Of a DNA stretch of 64,000 nt, positions 29,745 to 39,167 are shown in pieces. Under the pieces are notes generated by a model. The model was given only the letters and a program-made list of their open reading frames with translations. It was not told the origin of the DNA and made no database searches. The stretch lies in NCBI GenBank assembly GCA_965238175.1, contig CBDEGZ010000003.1:2112001-2176000 (forward strand), in the 5' to 3' direction. The position numbers and the translations under genes are program-made. This DNA comes from Gammaproteobacteria bacterium. GTDB taxonomy: Bacteria; Pseudomonadota; Gammaproteobacteria; CAJXQU01. Within the stretch, counting starts at the first letter, position 1; the number at the start of each line of letters is the position of its first letter.

Positions 29745-30800
29745 TTAGTCCAAAGTTGTAGGAGCACAAACATCAAGCCCCTTAAGCTGAGTCAAGCGTC
29801 TTATCATAGGTACATATTGAAGACACTCAGAGCGTGACACACCTAAACTGACAATAAGTTCTTTGACTGATTTATTTACATCAGCTTTTTTAATAGCCTC
29901 TAGCTCTAATTCAGAAATGGTGAATTCTTTTTCACCACCAACATAAACCTGGATCACTTCTTTCCAATAAAGTCGCGTGTAATGACGACTGATTCTCTCC
30001 AATTTTGGAGAAACTTTAACGATGTGTTCTAAAAATTGATCATCGTTTGAAGCTAACAATGATTGGGATGTCTCCTGTTGTGTAACAGTCGAAGGATCTT
30101 CACCAATAGGGTCAAGATCCATTGCATTAAATTTAAGATATAGGACACTTGTATTCGCAGGTAACTCACGTTCGTGATAGATAGAGTTTCCACGAAACAG
30201 CAGAACATCGCCTGGCTCCGCATAAATTCTGACCGGCTCAATACCTTGCAATATATTTTCAGGAAGATCTTCTTCATCAAGGCTAGCCCGGTATAAAGCG
30301 GTAGAATTTAAAGGGTTAACATCCAACAAATTTTCAGGCCATAAAACGACATGAGAACCCTCTGGGATCACAAGTGGCAAGCCAACCGTTAACTCAGCTG
30401 CGACGCGATCTTTATGTGGTGGAACATGATTTTTTGCTTCTGATTCGTAAACTTTAATATGCCGTTCACAAAGCTTGAATTTTTCCATCGGCAGCCTCGC
30501 GGTTTTAGCCATTGTTTCAAAACCACTGCCGTAAAAGTCCCATTCTTCAAAATCGTATAAATATTGACGCTTTTTGCCCTTAAAGTGCCAGTTTTCCAAA
30601 TCTTTACTGTTTTCTTCTTGCTTCGCCGCCTGGGCTTTTGCAACCTCTAAAAAGTCAAGATCAATACCATTTTTTACTAATACATAGCCATTTTTGACAT
30701 ACTTATCGACATAATCTTGAGGATTGTAAGTAAAAATATTTTTCTTACTTTTGAAATATGGGGATCTTACTTCTAATGCTCCTGATACGATACTTTCCAA
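29745..30800 (-). CDS. Putative Fe(II)/2OG oxygenase-fold protein with C-terminal extension
   Basis: PHKD..ELTV and GDVLLFRG..IYHER give an HxD..H triad. Confidence 0.65.
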   Translation of the reverse strand: MESIVSGALEVRSPYFKSKKNIFTYNPQDYVDKYVKNGYVLVKNGIDLDFLEVAKAQAAKQEENSKDLENWHFKGKKRQYLYDFEEWDFYGSGFETMAKTARLPMEKFKLCERHIKVYESEAKNHVPPHKDRVAAELTVGLPLVIPEGSHVVLWPENLLDVNPLNSTALYRASLDEEDLPENILQGIEPVRIYAEPGDVLLFRGNSIYHERELPANTSVLYLKFNAMDLDPIGEDPSTVTQQETSQSLLASNDDQFLEHIVKVSPKLERISRHYTRLYWKEVIQVYVGGEKEFTISELELEAIKKADVNKSVKELIVSLGVSRSECLQYVPMIRRLTQLKGLDVCAPTTLD

Positions 30801-31017
30801 TTGTCTTCACCTCATTCCATTGATATTTCAGCAATAATAATACTTGAACTCTATTTGCACTTTATAGCGGCACTAATAATAGATAATTGAGTCGTCGACA
30901 CACAAACACTCAAGTGATTATTATCTTAGATCAATTTTGTGAACAAGTTGACATTCTTTTTCGACACGAGGGTAACTGTAATCTAAACGTAACAATAGAA
31001 GCTCTTAAGTAATTAAT

Positions 31018-32067
31018 CTACCAATCTATTTCCACGTCCAACTGAGTAGAGAGTTCTTTCAGTGCCGATATGGTTTCGTGATCAATATTAATACCTTTTT
31101 TACAGCTGGTTTTGTACTGATCCCAGCGTGCTTCACCAGGAAATAGTACTTTTTTATGATCAAAACCTTCGGCAGAATCTTTTACTAACGTCAATAATTC
31201 TTCTATTCGCAGATGATAGTCTTCGATAGAAATGAGTTTTCCTATATCGATAGTGATAAAGAAGTGTCCATTATCACCACTCTCTTCAAAGTTTTTATAC
31301 ATGGATTTAACGCCGTGAGAAAAGCCCGCCCCCATCAATACTCCTGACAAGATCTCAACCATAAGAGAAATACCAAATCCTTTTGCCCCACCAAAAGGTA
31401 ACAAGGATCCACTAGCCACCTTATTTGGATCTGTAATTGGATTACCGTTTTTATCAATTGCAATGCCCTCTTCTAACTGAATACCCTGCTCACCACTTTT
31501 CGTGATCGAAGAACCCGCACTGGAGGCTGTGGCCATATCCAATAGAATATGTTCACCATTTTTTCTGGGTGCGCCAAATGCAAAAGGATTCGTTCCTAAT
31601 ACCGATTTTACCCCACCATAGGCTGCAACTTTAGGAAAGGAATTGCTCATGACTAACCCAATCATTCCTGACTGACATGCCTGATTGATATAATAAGAAC
31701 CTGCTCCAAAAAAATTGCTGTTGTTAACTCCCACAACCCCAACCCCCATTTGTTGTGCGATTTTTATTGCTTTTTCCATTGCAAGATAGGCAATGTAATG
31801 GCCTGAGCCTTCGTCTGCATTCATAACAGAAACTGAGGCTGTGGATTGAATAGTCTTAGGAGAGCAAGGAGATTTTATCAATCCTTTTTTGAAACGTTTA
31901 GTCAATAAAGGCAGTCGCCAGACACCTTGGTTATGTCGCCCAATTTGATCACACCAAACTAAAACCTGACTTAATATCTTTGCTTCTTTCACATCACAAT
32001 CACTTGCTGTAAGTAGTTGGGTTGATATGTCTAAGAGTTCATTAGCAGTCAAAACTTGAACACTCAT
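31018..32067 (-). CDS. Ldh_2 family oxidoreductase (module A)
   Basis: GVWRLP, GTNPFAFGAP, LDMAT, GGAKGFG; paralog of 24288-25325. Confidence 0.88.
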   Translation of the reverse strand: MSVQVLTANELLDISTQLLTASDCDVKEAKILSQVLVWCDQIGRHNQGVWRLPLLTKRFKKGLIKSPCSPKTIQSTASVSVMNADEGSGHYIAYLAMEKAIKIAQQMGVGVVGVNNSNFFGAGSYYINQACQSGMIGLVMSNSFPKVAAYGGVKSVLGTNPFAFGAPRKNGEHILLDMATASSAGSSITKSGEQGIQLEEGIAIDKNGNPITDPNKVASGSLLPFGGAKGFGISLMVEILSGVLMGAGFSHGVKSMYKNFEESGDNGHFFITIDIGKLISIEDYHLRIEELLTLVKDSAEGFDHKKVLFPGEARWDQYKTSCKKGINIDHETISALKELSTQLDVEIDW

Positions 32068-32072
32068 TTTTG

Positions 32073-33317
32073 TTAAATACCTACGCCTCTTTGTTGATTT
32101 GCTGATTTTCTACGATGTATTTTTTCACAGATAGCTTTTTTCCATTCGTATAGTGAAGGCGCTGGATCATCCCATTTAAAGAACGGAAAAGTTTGTCTTT
32201 TAAGAAGGCTTCTGAACCAGCCAAATAGTGATATCAAATCTTTCCCTTTCAGCTCACGATAAGCGGCTAAATCTGGCAATAGGTACCAGTAGGCAAGATC
32301 TTTCCGATTTCCGATATCTGGCAAAGGCAATTCTACTAAATGATTATAAATTGCATGTGCAACATCTGCCCCACTACTCACCAATAAGGGATGTCCACCA
32401 GTAAATCGCGTATTACATTCTATGATTTTGTACTTGTTATCTCGAGTATCATATTTAAATTCGATGTTGCCGTTGCCTCGGAAATCTATCCCTTGAAAAA
32501 ACTTTTTGCCCTGTTCTGCTGTTTCAGGCAACCATTCAGAATGATGGTAGCAAGCAGCGCCAGAATTCATTGGGAAACGTCTGATAACTTTTTTCGTGTA
32601 GTGGTATAACGACTTACCTTCACTGTCATGATAAGTATAGTAGCTTGACAATAATGAATCAGGACCGGGGATAAGTTCCGAGATCATAAATTTCAATTGT
32701 TTCTCAAAAACACGTGTTGCATGTGTAACCAGCTCGTTAAAACCTTCTGCTCGCAGATATTTCTTTCCGTCAAACTGACGTTGAAACAAGTGTGAATGAA
32801 TCGGTTTTATGATCACAGGAAAAATAATTTCATTTTCTATTTTCATTACATCTTCGAGTGAATCCACATTCCAAAAGTTAGGAGCCGCAACACCGACTGA
32901 ATTTGCGAGTTTCAAAGTCGCTTGTTTGTCGAGTAGTAATGCATGTATTTTTGGATCGTAATCATCAAGAATGTAGTCTTGTTCTAGTAGTGTTCTATTC
33001 TCCGCAAGGAATTCAATAGCATCATCATTACAGGCAAAAACAACACTGCCTTTAAGATTTACATCTTGTCTATTCAATAATAATTCAGTCCAAAAATCCC
33101 TTTGAGTCATGGACACAGGAACGGGATATCGATCATTACAAAAACGTGATCTAAAAGCGTGCGCATCTTCACTGGCTGAGACGTTCACTACAATTCCTTT
33201 TTTGCTCAAACTTCGGACAATTGCCAGCGTATTTTCTCGCCCACCTAACAGGAGAAGTGGTGGTTTATTATTTCTATCTTTTTGTTGGTTATTCCCATCG
33301 TTACTCATTTGGATCAA
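32073..33317 (-). CDS. ATP-grasp carboxylate-amine ligase, D-aspartate-ligase-like (module A)
   Basis: FPVIIKP, ELIPG, IEFKYDTRD..IECNTR. Confidence 0.85.
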   Translation of the reverse strand: MIQMSNDGNNQQKDRNNKPPLLLLGGRENTLAIVRSLSKKGIVVNVSASEDAHAFRSRFCNDRYPVPVSMTQRDFWTELLLNRQDVNLKGSVVFACNDDAIEFLAENRTLLEQDYILDDYDPKIHALLLDKQATLKLANSVGVAAPNFWNVDSLEDVMKIENEIIFPVIIKPIHSHLFQRQFDGKKYLRAEGFNELVTHATRVFEKQLKFMISELIPGPDSLLSSYYTYHDSEGKSLYHYTKKVIRRFPMNSGAACYHHSEWLPETAEQGKKFFQGIDFRGNGNIEFKYDTRDNKYKIIECNTRFTGGHPLLVSSGADVAHAIYNHLVELPLPDIGNRKDLAYWYLLPDLAAYRELKGKDLISLFGWFRSLLKRQTFPFFKWDDPAPSLYEWKKAICEKIHRRKSANQQRGVGI

Positions 33318-34398
33318 TTCGCCTTTTTTGTTGGAAAATATAATTGATTATTAGTTTGCCAACAGGAGTTATTTTATCCTTTTCAAAAACAAGATCATGA
33401 TGATGTAAACCTGGAGTGGTATTCAGTTCATTAATGACACCACCACATTGAACAAGCGGCATAGTAATATCAGGAGTAATCAAGTCTACTCCCACCAGTT
33501 TTAGATCCAAAACCTGAATTAATTCCGCACCCAAATTAACTATCGAAGAATGTACTTGATCTTTAACAATATGATTCTCATTCGACGAATTTTCATTACA
33601 CACCAATTTAAGTGTTGCGGTTCTACCGCTTTCAAGAACACTGGACAACGAAAGATCTTGCTTTGCAAGGTGTGTATGCATCTCATCTGAGATAGTGATA
33701 GGACTTAGTGCAGTAACTAGAGCAGAACTGATTCTATTATCATTTTCCGACTTAATAAGCTGGCTGATCGTACTTGTTCCATTTCCAGTAACAACAGGTT
33801 TATCACGTCTGATGGCATCAATAAATTTGCCATCAAGATACAGTAGACGATACGAATCACCTTTTACCTGCTCTTCGATCAAAAGGTCATTCTTATAAGT
33901 GGAGGCAAAAACGGACGCAGCAAGTAATTCTTTTTTTGATCTGATTTCAGTGGTGATTCCATTACCAGCACCAGATCCGCTAGCCGGTTTTACAACTGCA
34001 GGCACATCAAGTCCATCAAGAAAAGTCTCTGCCTCATCAATACTTTCTAGTGAATATCTAAGATATCGAGGACCTTGATAACCTACTTCAGACAATAGCT
34101 TGTGAATTAATGGTTTGTTACCTGCAATATTTAAGCTGAGGTGATCATCGAGCATAACTCTTGACTGCCTTACATATGTGGTTAGATCACCTTTCCTAAT
34201 CCGATAATACCCTTGCCCAATATCTTCGAGCGTAGCATCAAGCGAACCTGCTACGCTTTCCCAGTAAAGCTGGTAGTAGTCCTTTCGAAGTTTGGTAAAG
34301 AATGCATACTCTTTACGCTTACCAGACGACAGGATCTTTTTTACCTTGGCAAAAACACATCTAACCCGCATTCTTTTTGCAGAAAGGCTGTTGATCAT
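33301..34398 (-). CDS. Single-domain ATP-grasp, CphA/GshAB-like (module A)
   Basis: VVKPA..GNGITT, GDSYRLL, GVDLI, NELNTTPGLHHH. Confidence 0.8.
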   Translation of the reverse strand: MINSLSAKRMRVRCVFAKVKKILSSGKRKEYAFFTKLRKDYYQLYWESVAGSLDATLEDIGQGYYRIRKGDLTTYVRQSRVMLDDHLSLNIAGNKPLIHKLLSEVGYQGPRYLRYSLESIDEAETFLDGLDVPAVVKPASGSGAGNGITTEIRSKKELLAASVFASTYKNDLLIEEQVKGDSYRLLYLDGKFIDAIRRDKPVVTGNGTSTISQLIKSENDNRISSALVTALSPITISDEMHTHLAKQDLSLSSVLESGRTATLKLVCNENSSNENHIVKDQVHSSIVNLGAELIQVLDLKLVGVDLITPDITMPLVQCGGVINELNTTPGLHHHDLVFEKDKITPVGKLIINYIFQQKRRIDPNE

Positions 34399-34410
34399 CT
34401 TTGACTAACC

Positions 34411-35121
34411 TTAACCGTCAATAACACATTCAGATTCACTGAGAGATCGATCTACCCATTCGTTTGAAAATTCTCCACGCTTCACATCAGCAACATACTT
34501 AGCCAAAGAGTCTCTTTGAGTATAGGCTCTTTCTAGCACATCTTCTGCAAATTCTTTTTGGACAACAACAACACCGTCTTTGTCTCCCATGATTATGTCG
34601 CCAGGGTTGACAACAATACCTCCGCAACAAACAGGATAATTAATTTCACCAGGACCGCGATGAAGAGGACCGATTGGGGTAATTCCTCTTGCATACACTG
34701 GCATAGCAATTTCTTGTATTCCTGGAACATCACGAATCAAACCATCAACAATAAATGCCGCAACACCTTTATGCTTCGCTTTTTGTGATACAAGATCACC
34801 AAGCACGGCATTCATCGGTGAAGCTCCTGCATCGACAACAATAATATCGCCAGGCTGCGCTATATCCAAGGCTTTATGAACCATCAGATTATCACCCGGG
34901 AAAACTTTAACTGTTAAAGCCGGTCCAACGATTGAGTCTGTATTAATCCGGTTTTTAATTTCCCAATGCATTGTATACAGTCGATTCATCAAATCAGAAA
35001 TGTCGGGTGTCTCAAATTGTCCGAATTGTTTCACCAAATCAGGATCGGGGCGAGTTATTGTTTTAAGCACTCGGTAACCTGGTCCTGGATTGAGTTCTGA
35101 AGACTTGGGTTTATTAGCCAT
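34411..35121 (-). CDS. RraA-like / HMG-CHA aldolase family protein (module A)
   Basis: PGDNLMVHK, DGLIRD, VNPGDIIMGD. Confidence 0.88.
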   Translation of the reverse strand: MANKPKSSELNPGPGYRVLKTITRPDPDLVKQFGQFETPDISDLMNRLYTMHWEIKNRINTDSIVGPALTVKVFPGDNLMVHKALDIAQPGDIIVVDAGASPMNAVLGDLVSQKAKHKGVAAFIVDGLIRDVPGIQEIAMPVYARGITPIGPLHRGPGEINYPVCCGGIVVNPGDIIMGDKDGVVVVQKEFAEDVLERAYTQRDSLAKYVADVKRGEFSNEWVDRSLSESECVIDG

Positions 35122-35289
35122 AATATTTGTTCCTTAATTGAGGTTACTATATAGATTAATAATTTTTCTCACATCCAACCTGTGTGTCTTAAATATGGAA
35201 TGAGTAGTATATTGAACTCAAATCGAGATAAAACAGTTTGAATGTTAATAATGAACACAGCATCATTATTTGGTTATAAACTATGCAAG

Positions 35290-35304
35290 GCATAATGTAT
35301 GCCA
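35290..35304 (-). promoter_or_regulatory. Candidate sigma-54 promoter facing module A
   Basis: Minus strand TGGCAT-ACATT-ATGC (GG-N10-GC). Confidence 0.5.
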
Positions 35305-35444
35305 ATGGTTTTAAAATTAATGGTGTTTGTGTCGTTCAGAGGTGACGCAAATTAGGTGCTTGTGATTTTCAGAGAAATAGCTCTTTGCTTAAAATATCTA
35401 TTAACATACTGATATTATTGAATATATTATGATATTTTCGATAA

Positions 35445-35460
35445 TGGCATAGTGATTGCT
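35445..35460 (+). promoter_or_regulatory. Sigma-54 (-24/-12) promoter for the VPLPA-CTERM gene
   Basis: TGGCAT-AGTGA-TTGCT, near-consensus. Confidence 0.75.
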
Positions 35461-35576
35461 GTGTTACAGTGGAAATTGTGATGTTTCTCAGCGGACTGAG
35501 AACATGGCAGGTAATGGATAACCTGCCAGCAAAAGGATTTGTTAGTTACATTTAGTTAATTATTAAGGAATTTAAA

Positions 35577-36473
35577 ATGATCAAAGAATATCTCAAAGGG
35601 TTTATTGGAATAACTCTTCTGCTGGCTTCAGTTAACGCAAGTGCATTGTTGTTTTGGAGTGATCGACAAACACACATGGAAGGAACTGCTAAAATCCTTT
35701 TTGACTATGTTTCGTTAGATCCTACCACTTACACAAATGGTAATGGGCGAGCATTTAAAGGTGAATATGGCAGTGCAGGAGCAGGTACCTTTTACGCAAA
35801 TGGGATAACGTTTGTTAACAGCGGCATCACCATGAATATAAGCACTAACGCACAAACACAAGCACCGATTGACTCCAGATACCAATCAGATAGTTCAGGT
35901 GTTAAAACAGCCAATGCTAATTTAGCTGCATCCGTTCATGGATTAATTGCTGGGCATGGGACCTCTTCAGACAATTTGATTAACCAAACAAACGTGCAAG
36001 CACTTATTGATACAGGAGATATTCCAAACACAGTAAATGCAGCTGATTTTGCTGGGACCGAGGATCCTTTCGATATTTCTACTACTTTCGATATTTCATT
36101 TGATCATAATGTTGTTTTGAATACAGTTTTTTTCGATGTGATCAGTCACGGTGGATCTGACAATACAGATCCTCTATTTAATCAGGCACCGACATTTGAT
36201 ATTACTGGAGGTTCTAATAGCCTTAATTTAACCGGCTTGAATACAGTCACTGCAACAGAAAACGGAAGTACTAATATTTCAGGTGGTGCTCTTTTCCTTG
36301 CAGGCGAGTTGTATACCATCACTGTAAATTCTACTGGCTCATTGAATAGCCTTGTTGAATTTCAAGCCTGGGACGTTACAGCCGTTCCACTTCCTGCTAC
36401 TGCTTGGTTTTTGTTAGGTGGTCTAGCGAGCTTGTTTGGGTTTGGTCGTAAAAAAACGCAAGTACAAGCTTAA
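35577..36473 (+). CDS. VPLPA-CTERM (PEP-CTERM-like) exosortase-targeted surface protein
   Basis: Signal peptide, T/S/N/G-rich body, C-terminus AVPLPATAWFLLGGLASLFGFGRKK. Confidence 0.92.
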   Translation: MIKEYLKGFIGITLLLASVNASALLFWSDRQTHMEGTAKILFDYVSLDPTTYTNGNGRAFKGEYGSAGAGTFYANGITFVNSGITMNISTNAQTQAPIDSRYQSDSSGVKTANANLAASVHGLIAGHGTSSDNLINQTNVQALIDTGDIPNTVNAADFAGTEDPFDISTTFDISFDHNVVLNTVFFDVISHGGSDNTDPLFNQAPTFDITGGSNSLNLTGLNTVTATENGSTNISGGALFLAGELYTITVNSTGSLNSLVEFQAWDVTAVPLPATAWFLLGGLASLFGFGRKKTQVQA

Positions 36474-36493
36474 ATCTGTAACCCCTATTTTTC

Positions 36494-36530
36494 AGTCCAA
36501 CTTAAGCCAGAAGTGACTTAGGTTGGGATT
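36494..36530. terminator. Hairpin between convergent genes
   Basis: AGTCCAACTTAAG..CTTAGGTTGGGATT. Confidence 0.45.
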
Positions 36531-36573
36531 TAATGTTGGTTGTGTTCCTACAGCATTCTAAACAGTTGTTAGC

Positions 36574-37671
36574 TTAGTTGGCTAATTTAGCTGGGATCAA
36601 ATTCTTCAAGATCCCCTTCACCAGATGTTTTTTATTCTCAGTAACACTCCCTAATAAAATAATCACGATGGAGACAGAGCAAAATAGTAGTAAATGTCTG
36701 ACAGGATCATCTCTTTCAAACCCGTAGACAGCATTAAAAAATTGTAACAAAGGATAATGAAATAGATATATTGAAAAAGTCAGACCTGCCCAGTACCTTA
36801 TTGGACGCTCAAAGTTTTTTAACAATTTATCAAACCTATGCGAAATAGCTTTTAATCCAACAAAATTCATTGAGATCAATAAACCGTATAGATAGCTGAT
36901 CAAAAACTCATCTGAATGCCATAGTTTCTGATCGACAAATTCTGCTCCTAATAGATCTTTAGTCATCGTTAGCAACTGATGATCAAGCCCAATTACTTTA
37001 GTTATTAAATAAATAACAGTCGGGAATAAAAAAAGAATCCAGCCTGTTCCTTCGGATAAAGTCTGTGATTGGTTGTACTTATAAACCCAAACACCCATTA
37101 ACCATATGGGTAATAAGATCATGATCTTCGGACCGGCAACCAATAATGTTAGCAAGATCAAAATCAGGCGAACATATCCTTTAAAGTAAAATGAGGCCGC
37201 AAACAATACATAATACCAAAACTCATAACTCAAAGACCAAAAAGGACTGTTTGTAAATGGCCTGATACCATAGAACCAAAGCTCGTTGACAAAAAACAAA
37301 TTAGCTAATATTCGTAATACAGGCTGTTTATCAGCATACCACCAACCATCATATGAGACGGGATCAATCGAGCTTCCCCACTTGTCTACAATAACGGTTA
37401 AGATCAAGGCCGGTATAACGACAGAGTAGAGTCTGGAAAGACGGTTCAGTGCAAAGTTGGTAAAATCCTTATCTCGAGTGTTTGCTACATAGGCAATAAC
37501 ATAGCCAGACAAAACAAAAAATACGATGACAGCATCGCTGCCTATATGTAATTCACGAAAGCCAGAATAAGTGCCTCCTGTAAGACGTGTAAAGGCAAAG
37601 TGAGAAATAAAAACTGTTAAAGCAGCACTAAATCGAATGAGATCCAAATATAAAGAGAACGTTTTGTTCAT
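36574..37671 (-). CDS. Acyltransferase family 3 (OafA-like) membrane protein
   Basis: LDLIRF..H, VFFVLSGYVI, WSLSYEFWYY, SIYLFHYP. Confidence 0.92.
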   Translation of the reverse strand: MNKTFSLYLDLIRFSAALTVFISHFAFTRLTGGTYSGFRELHIGSDAVIVFFVLSGYVIAYVANTRDKDFTNFALNRLSRLYSVVIPALILTVIVDKWGSSIDPVSYDGWWYADKQPVLRILANLFFVNELWFYGIRPFTNSPFWSLSYEFWYYVLFAASFYFKGYVRLILILLTLLVAGPKIMILLPIWLMGVWVYKYNQSQTLSEGTGWILFLFPTVIYLITKVIGLDHQLLTMTKDLLGAEFVDQKLWHSDEFLISYLYGLLISMNFVGLKAISHRFDKLLKNFERPIRYWAGLTFSIYLFHYPLLQFFNAVYGFERDDPVRHLLLFCSVSIVIILLGSVTENKKHLVKGILKNLIPAKLAN

Positions 37672-37674
37672 AGT

Positions 37675-39144
37675 TCAGACACCACTACTTTGCAATCTCT
37701 CCTGGAGAACCTTTCTTGCTCTCTCATCAGTTATTAGTAGTAGGCCACCATATAGTACGATTCCAACGATTATCTTGACTACTATTTCAATAAGGAACCC
37801 TTCTATTTCAATACTATCGAGAACAAAATACATAAGAATAGATAAACCAATAAATTTCGTAGCGGCGAGAAATGGAAAATCAATAATCAGAAGTTTTCGA
37901 CTATAAAAAGTTTCTAAAATGATCATCAATAAATAGGATAACAAAGTTGCTATAGCTGCACCTTCAATTCCATAAAGTGGAATAAATACAATATTCAACA
38001 CGACATTTACAAGCGCCGCTGAAAAAGTTATCCACATCAAAGCCGAAGATTTTTTAATAAAAATACCCGCGCCTAACATCGAATGTGTACCGTAAATCAT
38101 TTGGCCGGCAATAACATATGGGATAACAACACCACTTTCTATATATTTCCCACCAGTTATCAAAATAATCAAATCTGGGCCAACAACGGCCACACCAGCA
38201 ATCACAGGAAAACACATGATCAAATAAAAATATAAAGATTTTTCAATAAAGTTTTTAGTTGCAGCGACACCTTTATCAGCCCAAATTTGGAAATACATAG
38301 GTCGAATTGCTTGGAATAGAGAATCCACCATCATTATTTTTATGTATCCACAAAGTGCGTAACCGGCTGCATAAACCCCCAGCGATTCTGACCCCATTTT
38401 CCAATTAATAATATAGCGATCACCCAAGCTAAAGATAACAAACACCAATTCATTGCCAAGCAATGGCAACCCATAGGCCAGCATTTCTTTCGTCATTTTA
38501 GGCGAGAAACTATGCGGCGATAATTGTATATTTCGCATAGCATAAAACGCGAGAATTGAAACCAATGTTACGTGGACAAGTACTCGGGCAATAAAAACTC
38601 CTTCAAGGGAGCGGGTAATAAAATAAAGGGTTATTACAACCGCGAGTAGAATTCCGTAGCACTCAGAAACTGTAAAAAGACTAAGCCACCCACTTTGTTG
38701 TTTAGCCTGCAAAAACCCAGTTAACATACTAAGAATTACATGGAAAAAAATAACAACTCCGGTAAGCAAAAATAGATTTCTTAGTTTTGGCTCACCCCAA
38801 GTTGTATCTGGTAAGAAATAGACGATCAACATCCAAAGGATCGTAATGATCAGACCTGTCCCAACCATGCTAGTAACAATGGTTGAATAGTAGGTTTTAA
38901 GATCCCAACGACCTGTGCCTTCCTTGTCTTTTATATCGGAGTAATATCTGACGATTGAAAATTGCAGGCCACACTTCCCAAACGCAGCGATAAAGGTGAT
39001 CGTTGTCATAACGAGAGTGAGAAGTCCGTAATCACTCACGGATAGCATTCTTGTCAAGATTGGGAAAGATATTAACCCAGCAAGCGTCCCTGCCAATCCG
39101 GCCAGAGAGTACCGGGACGCATGTACCAAAAGATTTCTAAGCAT
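37675..39144 (-). CDS. Polysaccharide / oligosaccharide flippase (Wzx, MOP family)
   Basis: Polytopic; PILTRMLSVSDYG, DRYII, LNIVFIPLYGIEGAAIATL. Confidence 0.9.
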   Translation of the reverse strand: MLRNLLVHASRYSLAGLAGTLAGLISFPILTRMLSVSDYGLLTLVMTTITFIAAFGKCGLQFSIVRYYSDIKDKEGTGRWDLKTYYSTIVTSMVGTGLIITILWMLIVYFLPDTTWGEPKLRNLFLLTGVVIFFHVILSMLTGFLQAKQQSGWLSLFTVSECYGILLAVVITLYFITRSLEGVFIARVLVHVTLVSILAFYAMRNIQLSPHSFSPKMTKEMLAYGLPLLGNELVFVIFSLGDRYIINWKMGSESLGVYAAGYALCGYIKIMMVDSLFQAIRPMYFQIWADKGVAATKNFIEKSLYFYLIMCFPVIAGVAVVGPDLIILITGGKYIESGVVIPYVIAGQMIYGTHSMLGAGIFIKKSSALMWITFSAALVNVVLNIVFIPLYGIEGAAIATLLSYLLMIILETFYSRKLLIIDFPFLAATKFIGLSILMYFVLDSIEIEGFLIEIVVKIIVGIVLYGGLLLITDERARKVLQERLQSSGV

Positions 39145-39167
39145 ATGTTCAGTATATCAGGCGAGAG

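Noticed and set aside
26539-34398. Cyanophycin synthetase (cphA) call for the two CphA-like ORFs
   Set aside because: They are only ~370 aa, lack the Mur-ligase domain, and have no cyanophycinase nearby.
27687-35121. RraA proteins as RNase E inhibitors because rne is close
   Set aside because: They are the ~235-aa HMG-aldolase type, embedded in enzyme operons. Proximity to rne is explained by the island insertion site.
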